From NCBI RefSeq assembly GCF_009914755.1, contig NC_060927.1: a stretch of 64,000 nt of DNA. The stretch is one strand, 5' to 3'. This document shows, in pieces, positions 52,600 to 64,000 of this stretch; position 1 is the first letter of the stretch; every line of letters begins with the position of its first letter. The notes below the pieces were generated by a model. The model was not told where the DNA came from. It ran no database searches and worked only from the letters and a program-made list of their open reading frames with translations. The translations under genes were made by a program, and so were the position numbers. This DNA is from the human T2T-CHM13v2.0 reference genome, Homo sapiens.

Positions 52600-53550
52600 C
52601 AGGTTGAATTCTGCAGAAGCAGCTGTCAAGACAGTGTTTAGGGTCAAAATATTTATTACGGAATAACACCAATGAAAGGAGGGTCAAGGAAGCAGAACTG
52701 GACAAAGGAAAAAGTCCAAATGTCATACAGGCCTGATGAAGCCCTGATCACACCAGAGGGCATCTCCAGAGCAAGCATTACCCATCAGAAGTGTTCTGTG
52801 ATGCATCTCCGTGTCTCCCAAACCTAGGAACAGACCCTAGGGTTGGTCTGGGTTTTTGAGCAGTTGAAAATTAGCCTCCAGACTGTACATTCTTTTCTTT
52901 ATAGTCTGCCCTTGGTTGCGCTATGAGAAATTAGAAAAAGACCTGATCGTGGTAGAATAATAGAAGCAAGAAATGAAGTAGTTAGAACGACTTCAGCTCT
53001 AAACACAGTTTTAGTTTGTTGAAATAATATGTATTGTCTCATATACAATATGAGATGTTCACAGGCAGAGAAATTGCAGAGTTGGCATGATTGGGGCACC
53101 ACTTCCCTCTGTGATATGGGTTCTCTCCTCTGTGTTGGCTTCATCCTTAGGATGGCAGTAAAATGGACTACTTCCAGATATAACATTCAACAGGGCAATG
53201 TCAAGAGGCAGAAGAGGGATGGTCTCTTCTGGTGCATTCTTCATAAGACCAAGAAAACCTTTCCCAGAACTCCCCACCTCCATCCCAGCAGACCTTCCCT
53301 CACATCTTATTTGTCAGAACAAGACACATGTCACTCCTAAACCAATCACTGGTGATCCCTTTGGAATAGTCAACACCAGCTTAGTCTATTCAGGACCTAT
53401 CTGCTGTAACTGGGGATGAGGCCAACTTCTCCCAAAGTACTTAGCTCTGGGGAGAAGAGATGGATGTTTGGACAAAATCAGAATTCTCTCAGGAAGAAGA
53501 CAAAAGCAAAAAGTTAGTTGAGTAGGTAATCTACAATGTTCTCTACATAA
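52600..53550 (-). mobile_element. Old ERVL/MaLR LTR fragments (LTR33-like, then MLT1K/L-like)
   Basis: ggaagcagaactggacaaagg; gttggcttcatccttagg, cctttcccagaactcccc, actcctaaaccaatcactgg. Confidence 0.5.
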
Positions 53551-54821
53551 GGACACTATTGCTGAAGTCAGTAAATGTCACTTAGCCAAGCAACTATGGT
53601 ACAAGCGTCAGAACTAGCAGAAGCACGAGCTTTAGAACAGTAGCAGAAAATAATCATATTGGCCTGTTTCTGCTCACATACTAGAATCCTAAGAAAACCT
53701 GGATCATTAAAAAATATTTTTTTAACTCCTAGAAGGCTAATTTCCCAAATCAGTTTCATTTCTCTGTAGTTCTGGTTAACCTATCCATAAGAAATAAAAT
53801 ACTCAAGCCCTGATCTGTGTGGTTCCAAGTTCATGAGTTCAAGCACAAGACATTAATTTTTCTCAGATTCCATCTTCCCTGGGGAAATTTATTGTCCAGA
53901 AATCCACCCCCATGGCCCAGCATCATTCTCTGATAAGAGATTTGAAGGGATATTTTACAGGGGACAACAGGCATGATTAACTGCTGTGGGAATGGACAGA
54001 TAATAATATTTATTGCATTTCCTAAAACTGAGGCTATAAGGCAGCACATTATGAATATGCATGTTGATTTAAATGAAGAAATAGCCTAAAAAGACATAAT
54101 ATGTTTAACTGATTTCTCAAAATGCTTTATTATATTCAAAATATAACTATCTTTTACTATGACAAAGTACAAGTTTTGAGCGTAATTAAAAATCAGCAGA
54201 ATATTCCAATACTCTGTTGTAGAAGTAGCCTTGTTTCCATTAAAAGAAGAAATTATTTCTTTGAAAATCATTTGTACCACCAGCTCCACCACTCATTGGA
54301 TGGTGGTCTTAAGTTCTTGGGGTCTCCTCATTCCTTCCTTTATAAAATGCACATGATTTATCAGTTCCTTCTCAACCCCACAATTTATTATTGCAAGATA
54401 TAATTGATTCCAGGAATCAGTCATATTGTGCCATATCATAAATTTTCTATGGTTCTTGGGAACAACAAGCTACGGTATTTCTTTTTGTTTTCCTGTTTTC
54501 CAAATATGGCTTCATAGGCTTTATGCCTGTAATGTATGTCTTTCTTTAGTGGCTTTTTATTTTCTAGGTAAATTCCCATACTGTGCATTTTATTATTAGT
54601 CATTTAAACCATAATTTTGTAAAATACAGCAATGTTTAAAAACCTTGACAAAATAAGTATATAGATCTGGACACAATAATCTCCCACTGTCTTAAATAAG
54701 TTCACACTTTCAGCCTTCAGGATGTTCTGAGGGAAGATGGGGATGGTGGAAAGGAAAGAAAGATGAGGTAAAATATCAAACACATCATTTTAGATCTGGA
54801 AGACTTTGGAGATAATCTAAT

Positions 54822-54988
54822 CCAGTGGTTCCCAAACCTTGTTAGGCAGTCTGTTATACGCGGAACCTGCTTAATAAACTATCCTCCTCACTCCCAATCC
54901 CCCAATCCCTAAACAAACTGAACGTCTGTATTTTTATCAAGTTCATCAGGTATTCTGAAGCACAGGCAGGTCTAGGAACCATTGATAT
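54822..54988. mobile_element. MER5-type hAT MITE within a MIR-like sequence
   Basis: ccagtggttcccaaac ... tctaggaaccattg inverted termini. Confidence 0.6.
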
Positions 54989-55719
54989 AGTCTAATCACA
55001 TTATTTAACAAAGGAGAAAAATAAAATTCAAATAAAGAATGAAGACAAAATGAAAATACCCAGGTCTCCTTTCCCAAAAGCCTGGTGTTCTTTCCATTAC
55101 CTTATCAACATAAATTATAATTACATATAAATAATATGTCTAACATTAAATTAAAAACCACTTACAACTATTTGGATCAAAGGAGAAAGATTACCCAGGA
55201 CAGTACAAGAAAATGAGGGTCAACTAGAGGAAAACTTAACATCACATAGAGAGATCCAGACCTAATAAGAAGAACAGAGGGAACTGGAGGAAAAGAAGCA
55301 GGAGACAGGAAAGACAGGGATGCTATGCAAATTAGTGAGGGAAAATAGACACAGTAGGACCTTGAATTAAACTCAAAATGAAAAACGTTTATAATCTTTA
55401 CATCTAGGAGGCTCAGAAGAACTGGCATAAATGAGAATGACTTTATATGTTCCATTTCTGGATTACACTTTCTCAATCAGCATAATAATCTGTGGATGGA
55501 CAGATTGCAACAGACCACTATCAGCAGTGTTAGAGTACCTCCATTAAATAATAGGCCAATAACGAGGTCACCACAGCCTAGGAAGAGCTTCCTCTGGGGT
55601 CTCCCATTTCCACAAGTACCTTTAAACAGGGCCCATCCAAAGTTTTAAGGTATTGACGTGGTAATCTAATCATCACTATCATTATCATCAAATTATCATC
55701 ATCAATTAAAAAAATGTAT

Positions 55720-56718
55720 GCAGTTAAAGTACAGCAGTTATCAAAGGAAAAAATTATGTAGAGAATGTTTGAACTACAAAATGAATTTCTTTTTTCGCTA
55801 CAACACAAGAGAAGAGTTTGGTCCCAAGTATTTAAACATGTTAATTGAACACCCAGATTTGTTTGGCTGATATTTTTGGCAAGTTTATTTTCTTAATATT
55901 TCAATAGAACAAAAGGACTGCAACATCTTTTTGGATGGCATATGAGATCAAAGGACAAAAGCAAATTTTAAAACCTTGGAAAAATATTATGGCATGTTCT
56001 ATAATTTATCAATAATTATCAGTGAAGTAGGTAATAATCTTGATATATTGTACCAACTACCTTATTAATTTGATGAAACTTCTGAATTTTGTTTTCCATT
56101 AAAGGAGATCAAATCATAGGACATGCATTAATCTCAAACCTATTACCTTTAATGAAAGGTCATTTAAATTTGGCTATAATTTTAAAGGAGAAATTGTTAG
56201 AATTAACTACTGATAAAAAATTGAAGATGAATTTTGAAAATACAGGATGACTTGCTTAATTCTGAGCAAAATTTTAAGAAGAACATCCTAAGCTTGCTAA
56301 ACTTTTCTAAAAATCTCTTCATATATAACAATCAAATACGTCTATGAGACTGGTTTCTCTACTAGGAGTGTTATTAAAACAGACAACAGAAACCGTTTAG
56401 ACATACGTTATCTCCCTCAAGTGGCATTGTCATCAGTCGAACCAAGATTAGATAAATTAACAAGCAAAAAGCAAGCTTATTTGTCACATCGATGGCAGTG
56501 AGTCTTGATATACATGGTATTCTTTCAAAATGGGTTATAGGTATATAATAAAAGAAACCCCGGGTTCACTTTTAACATTGTATTTATTTATAATGGTGGA
56601 ACAATAAAAACTTCTAAAAATAATAAAAATTCCCCATAGTAGCTATTCTCAAATTTTTTCATGCCTTTTACATCAGACAAATGATTGAGGATACCAGAGT
56701 ACCCTTTAAGAACCACTG
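55720..56718 (+). mobile_element. hAT-Charlie (Buster-like) transposon fossil, transposase 3' part and right TIR
   Basis: 56337-56489 translates YVYETGFSTRSVIKTDNRNRLDIRYLPQVALSSVEPRLDKLTSKKQAYLSH (hAT C-terminal dimerisation-like); ends ttaagaaccactg. Confidence 0.8.
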
Positions 56719-57819
56719 CTCTGTGTTTATCATCTAGGCTTTGTAGTTTGTATGCATTTCTAATTTTATTTTTATGATAATTTGTGTTTACTGTATTTTA
56801 CAAAAGTATTGGTCTACAAAGGATTGGAAAATTTTTTTTAAACAAAACAAAACTTGACACTTTTGCCACATGTAGTTTGAGAAGAATTGCTCTAATGCAA
56901 CCCTGCATGACTAAGTTAGACATTTCTAGTCTAACACCAGCCACTTCATTTGACAGATTATTAGTATTACACTGAAGTACTATATGAAAGTCATGGTAAC
57001 CTAAAATAGTTCATTAAAAGTCAGATATGTGAAGAAAATCATGTAAATACCTTTAACCTTTTATTGTCAATTTATAATCTCACAATGTAGAAACAAAACA
57101 ATCAAGGGCCTCTAAGAAGTCATATATGGGTTTTTACTAGCTAAAAGAATGAAAACAGCCTGCATGCCCATCAACAATTAAATACATTATGACACACAAT
57201 CATACAACAAAATAGTATAAAGCCATGAAGAATGAGGTAGCTTAGTGTGTGCTGATTCACAACTCTCTCCAAGATATACTGGAAAGTAGAGAAGCAAGTT
57301 ACAAATAGTAGGCGCTATGATCCAACTTATATGAGAACCAATCTGAGGAGATGCCATTGAGCTGGGAATGCATTCTCTGTGGGAGGTGAAGGTTCATCAC
57401 AGCAGAGCTGGAAGCAATAAATGCAAAAAAAAAATAAAGCCATGTTGTGTTTATACTCTGACAAGAGACTCATAATACGAACCAAGTTACATATGCCACC
57501 TCAGCAGGCTGGAAGATAATTTTTTAAATGGAACCACTTTTTCCCAGTTCCTGGCTTTATTTAGGGAACCCATTTCCTAAAATTATCAACTTTAGGATGC
57601 ATAAAAATTAGTGTACCAGATGGCATACACACCAAAAAACTGCATGTACTATATCTTATGAGACACTTTTTAAAGATTTTTAAATTTAATTTTGGCTATA
57701 TAGTCAAGCTAACTTTAAAGAATCCTTAAAGCTGTATTCTTTAAAGGATGTGACTCAACTTTAGTAAAAACATATACATAAGAGATGACACTAGCCATCT
57801 GTAAGAAGACAACAATTCC

Positions 57820-58010
57820 AGTTTTGAAAACCACTAAGACAGTAGATTTTAAGTGTTCTTACCACACACAAAAAAGATGTTATGTGAGGTTGTACAGATG
57901 TTAATTAGTTCTCTTAAGCCATTCCACAATGTATACATATCTTAAAGCATCATGTTGTACATAATATATAGAATTTTTGTCAATTAAAAATTAAAATGTT
58001 TTAAAAAATT
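57820..58010 (+). mobile_element. L1MA-like 3' end
   Basis: agtagattttaagtgttcttaccacac...ccattccacaatgtatacatat. Confidence 0.7.
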
Positions 58011-58350
58011 CCAAGAGGCATTTTATAAATGCACTACAAATGTAACCAAAGATGTAATCAAGAACACCCCGGGGTCCTAAAAAGCTTTAGCCTACTCCAT
58101 TTAACTTAGGTTTGCTTGGTGCATACTGTATGTTGTGGACCACTGGGAATTCAAAGATGAAAAGTGCAATGGCTCTCTTCAAGTAGCTCACGGTCTAGAG
58201 GTACTGAACTTGAAGTACCTTGACTTAAAATTTTTTTTATAAAGCCAGATAATCTAATAGAGGAAAAACAAAACACAGAGGCAGGAACCCCTTATGTGAG
58301 AGGAAGGCTTTATAGAGAAGGTAGCTTTGAGATGAAAATTTAAAAGGTTT

Positions 58351-58581
58351 GCGTATCAGTTTCCTGGGGCTGTCCTAACAACACGCCACAAACTGAGAAG
58401 TTTAAACAACAGAAATTTACCGTCTAACTATTCTGGAGGTTAGAAGTCCAACATCAAGGTGCGTGCTGGGCTCTGTTCCCTCTGAGGGTGGCTAGAGAAG
58501 AGCCTGTTCCAGGCCTCCCTCCTAGTGTCTGGTAGTTCCTTGGATTATGGCAGTATAACTCCAATCTTCAAATGGCATTCA

Positions 58582-58626
<45 letters not shown>

Positions 58627-58826
58627 CTGTGTCCAAACTTCTTTTTTTGATAAGGGCACAGTCATGTTGGATTAGGGCCCATCCTAATAATTTCATCTTA
58701 ACCTGATCACCTGCAAAGACCCTATTTCCAAATAAGGTCACATTCACAAGTACTAGGAGTTAGGACTTCAACATCTTTGAGTGGGGTAACAGTGGGGGTC
58801 GGGGGGCCACAAATCAATCCATAACA
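58351..58826 (-). mobile_element. MLT1 (B/C-like) MaLR LTR containing (GT)21 at 58584-58625
   Basis: aaacaacagaaattta...ttctggaggttagaagtccaacatcaaggtg...cctatttccaaataaggtcacattc. Confidence 0.85.
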
Positions 58827-61461
58827 GCTTGTCAAATGGAAAAGCAGGGACTGGGACTTCTGGGCGAGGAGAAAACCATATACAATGAAACTGCACAGAT
58901 AAGAAGAGCATGGTGAAGAGTATAACATGCCCTTTGACGGAGCTCCTCTGTGCAGCTGATACAAGCCACAGAAAGACCACTCTACTTGCACTGTGAAGAA
59001 GAGATGTACAGGAGCTATATTACAGACAAGGAGACTCTTTGTGATGTTATTATAGCTTTGATTCAGGGAAGGGATGGTGGAGAGGGTTGATTTCACTGTG
59101 AGAGAGAGAGAAAAAGCCAGAGAAAAGGAAAGAGTAACTGAGATATATTGATCATCCACATTGGCTACTAGCTGTAAGTTACCTCATTTAGTCCTCATAA
59201 CAATCCTATGCCATAGATATTGATAATTCCATTTTTACAGGTAAAGTAACTGAGATTCTCAAGTTTAATCCAAGGCCACACACTTAATAAGTAGCAGAAC
59301 CAGCGCTCTGAGACTTGCCTGACCAAAAAAGCCAAAAAATCTCAGAGAGATGTTTACAGTTCAGGGATGAGAGAAAATAATTAGAAGAAGTAACAATTAG
59401 AAAGGTTTAGAATAATTTACATATTAAACAAACTTTTGGGGGAAAAAACAGGGGGAAAGGAAAATAAATATATGTATTTACATGAAACAATTGGAAGAGT
59501 TTACAATAAACCAATAAAAGTTATTACCTGGAGGGTAGAGTGGAAGGAGTACAGAAAGAAGAAGAAAAGTGGGAACAGGAGTGGAAATGAGACTCCTTAA
59601 CACATATTTTTATATTCTTTTGAGTTTTTAATCCATGTGAACATACTTCCTCTTCAAAAAAACAACAAAAAAGATTTCAGAAAGAAAGACAAATTCAGTA
59701 AAATAGCAAAGACAAGCCAGAATGAAGAAGATTGTATAGGTATTTAGAAGCTGGCTTAAGTCTTTTGGTAAAAACTTACAACCTTAATTTTATTTAACAT
59801 GACTGATTTGTCATTATCGTGATACATTTAATGTTGTCTAGAGCAAAGAGAAAACATCTTTAAAGACTCTGTGTGGGTTGAAAAGACAGTTAAATCCAGT
59901 AACAATGTAGGAAAAATTAGAATCAGTAATCCCTATTATCATTTTGTTAAACCTCTAATCTCCATGAAACATAAAATCAATGTACTTATCCAGCTGCAGA
60001 AAGAAATCACATTCAGATGAATACAAGGGAAAAAGCTTTATTGCAGTTTTACCAGAAGAAATACCTGGTTGCTAATAAAATACAGTACTAAGAATTTTGA
60101 ATTTTGCCTTTTAAAGGGAAGAAATATACAGAGGGAAAGGATGTGGAGTTAATACACTGCTCTTCTTAATTTCTACAATAATTAGTTAGAATAAAAATCA
60201 ATTCACACATACCTTCTACAATTTCTGTACTCCCTAATTCTTGCCTTATCAGAGCAAAGAAGTAACTACTTGGTACTGCGAGTGGGGAAAAATCCTTATG
60301 GTAACATGAATGGCTGTTAGACCACAGTTATTACAATTTCAACCCTTTTACACTAAATGGCACTTTCAGTGAAAATAACGATACCAGCGCAAGAGTGGAA
60401 AGTGGGAGAACTGTTGCTCAGTCAATTCTTATTTAGAGAAAGATTTTAAAAGAAAATCTTATTTTGAAACTTAAAAGTCATAAAACACTCTCTTAAAAGA
60501 AGGTATCTTGTTTTTGTCCTGCGTCAATCACATGTTCCTTTCTCCCATGACTGCCTTTGGAGACTTAATATCTCCAAACATACTACCAAACAAGAACTCC
60601 AAAAATGTCTTCATTGATTGACTACTCTGCTCAGTGAAAAATTATTTTTTTATTGGAAATGGCTGTCAGAGCTATTTTTATTGCTCTCCTAAAGGCTCAA
60701 TCTGTAATCATGTACTACACTTCTCTACTCTGAGAACAAAATGAATTAGATGACTGCCTCTCTTTTTCAGACTGCATATTATGCCATTTTAGGAGCTCAG
60801 ACTGTGGACCTGAATGGAATTGATGACCTGCATTTGGTGCCTCTCCCTTGAGGATCTTTAGACTCTTAGAGATAGAGAAATAGCTAAGGAGAGAAGGCTT
60901 GCAAACCTGCTACAAGTTTGTTCCTTTTCGTTCCAATCTCTTGAAGAAAACCACCCCCACTTTCAACTTCTAGAGGCAACAATGAAGCACAGAAAACCTT
61001 GTGAAAAGGAATTTTCAAATGCCCATTTGTATTAAAAGAAACAAGTATCATTTCATCCTTTTATTGTTGTTAAAAAAGAACTATACGTTCAACTAGAACT
61101 ATTTGGCAGTCTGTGGGATAAACTTAGGGGTCCTTAATGTTAGCCTGTCTCCAAATATTAATACGTTCTCCAACCCATGTGAAATTTCATTAAATTTCAT
61201 TAAGTATTTGCCTTTTCTTGGTTAAAGCTTTGACTCCAGGAACCCTTTGTTAAAATTCAAATAAGAGCAAAAGATTAACAAATTACAATAACCTAAGTAA
61301 CGAATACCTTTGGAGGGATCAGTGCATGCCTTATTTTCCCACATGGTAACAGAGAAAATGGCCAACAGTATATATAGGCTTTAATAAAGGAAAAAAGCAT
61401 AATAGAAGTCTAAGTATTTGCCACTACCTTAAGAGGATGGTGTTATTCACCAGAAAGGGAT

Positions 61462-61822
61462 TGACTTAGTCCATTCAAGCTGCTATAATAGAATACTGTA
61501 GACTGGGTAGCTTATAAAGAACAGAAATTAATTTTTCACAGTTCTGGAGGCTGGGGAGTACACCATCAAGGTGCCAGCATATTTGGCGTCTGGTAAGGGA
61601 TCACTTTCAAAAAGACAGTGCCTTTTTGCTGTGTCTTCACATGGTAGAAGAGGTATGGGATCTCTCAGGGGCCTCTTTCTTAAGGGCCCTAGTCCCATTC
61701 ACGAGAGATCTGCTCTCATCACCTAATCATCTTCCAAATGTCTCACTCCCCATTATCATCACCTTGGGGGTTAGGATTTCAACATATGAATTTTGGGAGG
61801 ATACAAACATTCAGACCATAGC
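61462..61822 (-). mobile_element. MLT1A-like MaLR LTR
   Basis: cttagtccattcaagctgctataa...gttaggatttcaacatatgaattttgggaggatacaaacattcagaccatagca. Confidence 0.85.
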
Positions 61823-61886
61823 AAGAACCCTAGAGAAAATATCAAGGAGGAGCTAAGAACGCGAAGTGCTAACAAAGAAGGTGGGA

Positions 61887-62190
61887 GGCCAGGAGCAGAG
61901 GCTTATGCTTAGAACGCTAGCACTTTGGGAGCTGAGGCAGGCAGATAGCTTGAGCCCAGGAATACAAGACCAGCCTAGGCAACATGGCAAAATCCCATTT
62001 CTACAAAAAAAAAAATTAGTCATGCATGGTGGCACGTGCCAGTAGTGCCAGCTACCCGGGGGGCTGAGGTGGGAGGATTTCCTGAGCCCTGGGAGGTTGA
62101 GGCTGCAGTGAGCTGTGATCAAGCAACTGCACTCCAGCCTGGATGACAAAATGAGACTCTGTCCCAAAAAAAAAATAAGTAAATAAAAAA
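61887..62190 (+). mobile_element. AluJ-like element followed by (GGA)n at 62196-62235
   Basis: ggccaggagcagaggc...gaggttgaggctgcagtgagctgtgatc... Confidence 0.9.
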
Positions 62191-64000
62191 TGAAAGGAGG
62201 AGGAGGAGGAGGAGGAGAAGGAGGAGGAGGAGGAGAGAAAGTACAAAAGAAGGGGCTTGCCTTGCTTTTCCATTCTGCTACAGGTGACCCTGGCATCAAG
62301 TCTGCATTTCCCACATGTGATTGATCCACTTTAAAAACTATCTTTGATATATATTTTACTCCAGTGTGATATTTTCTTGCCACCAAAAATGTCTTTAAGC
62401 TGGCTCTTCCTAGGCAGTCACACTAGCGTCAACAATTACTTCAAATCAGGAAAGGCAAAAAAACTCCTGAAAAAAAAAATAGTACCATAGATTCCAACCC
62501 AAAATATAAAGAAGCATGGGGGGTAATTTGTTATTTGGGATTATCTGTGGTGCTTGTAAATGAGAAAAGCTAAGATAAAGGGATTATTTAATACATTATT
62601 TTTCCTGTAAACTGAATATCTTAGTAATCAAATGTTACTTCCAATACAAAGATTTAGCTGTTAACTTTGATATGAACTTACTTTATGGAAGATTTGCTAA
62701 GCTTTCACCCCCATTTATAATAAAGTCTCTAATAACCGCTGATCATCTTCGTCTCACAAGTAAGATGAGGCTTTCTTCTGTTTCTCAGTAGAAACTATCA
62801 CATTCCTAGAATTCCATGAGTGCTGTTCTCCTGTCTCTAAGCCACCGAATAAGGCAGCTGCATTATCTCTTTCATAATTCTTGGGTACAATTATAATTAT
62901 AATAGGCATAACTATAGCCAAATCACTATTCTCCATAAAATAACTTATGCTTAAAGTAGTTTGACTTAATAGTATCTCCTCTTTCGAAATTACTAATAGC
63001 AAGGGCTGTATATAATACTTGCATTACTCCTAGGACTATGCTTAGAATGAGTATCTTTACAAAGCACTTTTCTGAAGAGTCTACTCAAAATAATAAAGTG
63101 GCTAAAGCTAAATACCAAAATATTAATGATGGTAATGGTCATAAAAAGCTACAGGTGATTTTTCTTTTTTTGTGACTCTCTAGAGTTTATGAATTTTCAC
63201 AATGAGAATGTATGATTCTTATAAGGAAAAAATGTATATGGTTATTCCTAAACTTTGACAATGAAATTTCCCAAACAAGATTAATCTCTCTACATGAATA
63301 CAACTTGTATGTAATATTAACAATTCTTCTCTAGCACTTAGTACTTTCTTCCATATATTCTATTTCCTTGTATAGGTATGTAATAGATTACAAGCTCTCT
63401 GAGGATGCATTTTGGGCCTTACACATATTTGTCACCTCATACAGTACCTCATAATGCCTCATATTTGCTAAGTGATCAGTACTGTATGAGGGATGAATGA
63501 TACTTTCAATAACAAAGGTTAAAGTTGATATATTCATCCAAATGCACACAACTGCCAAAATGTTGAAATACTTCCATACTAATGGATAAACACTATAATA
63601 GCAATGCAATAAGCAAAAAAAGTTAACTAAAAGTATAAATTATAATTTAAATTCATTAATTCAAGCTAATAGTCGGAGCATGTTGTCAAATAAATCCTAA
63701 CTAGGTCCCCCACCAAGCAAGAAATTAGAAATACTTGCAGAAATATCCACCTGTTTGGCCCAGAGCAAAGTATGCAGTAAGAATGTATTGCACATTCTTT
63801 ACAAGACTCCTTAAGAGTATCACTCATTTGTTATATGCTTAAATTATATAGTTACCTCTATTTTCAAATTGTTTAGTTTTTTCTCTGGTTTTTATTGTCA
63901 GTGCACTACAATTCTTGTGTAAGTAATAAGTATGTAGCTTTTTAACATTTATAAATGGAAAAATTTATAATAAAATATTAAAAACAAATTATCAGAATAA

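Noticed and set aside
61853-62386. 177-aa minus-strand ORF
   Set aside because: Antisense Alu plus (CCT)n repeat; a typical Alu-derived spurious ORF.

Overview
Hominid (most likely human, chimpanzee or gorilla) intronic or intergenic DNA. No host-gene exon could be identified with confidence. The window is dominated by interspersed repeats: a full-length but inactivated L1PA2-like LINE-1 (30914-36948, +, with TSDs); a twin-primed, 5'-inverted L1PA3-like element (43247-46115); two older L1PA7/8-like pieces on the minus strand; a near-complete Tigger1; about ten Alu/FLAM elements; LTRs (MER21, MER51-like, MLT1, LTR33/LTR16-like); hAT/Charlie, MER5A, MIR and L2 fossils; and several simple repeats. 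Almost all long ORFs in the track are L1 ORF1/ORF2 fragments or repeat artefacts. Main observations: (1) an exact 5' half of tRNA-Pro is fused in register to the first-strand (antisense) end of a 3'-truncated, tailless L1 at a deletion junction (19701-19731), suggesting tRNA-fragment-primed L1 reverse transcription or tRNA-templated break repair; (2) two inverted L1 copies with different subfamily 3' ends share several rare substitutions, including the same ORF2 nonsense codon, suggesting local gene conversion across an inversion-prone 7-kb interval; (3) an intact, C-terminally extended ORF0, an inverted internal duplication in Tigger1, and a structured G-quadruplex minisatellite. Subfamily calls rest on consensus sequences recalled from memory and need RepeatMasker/Dfam confirmation.
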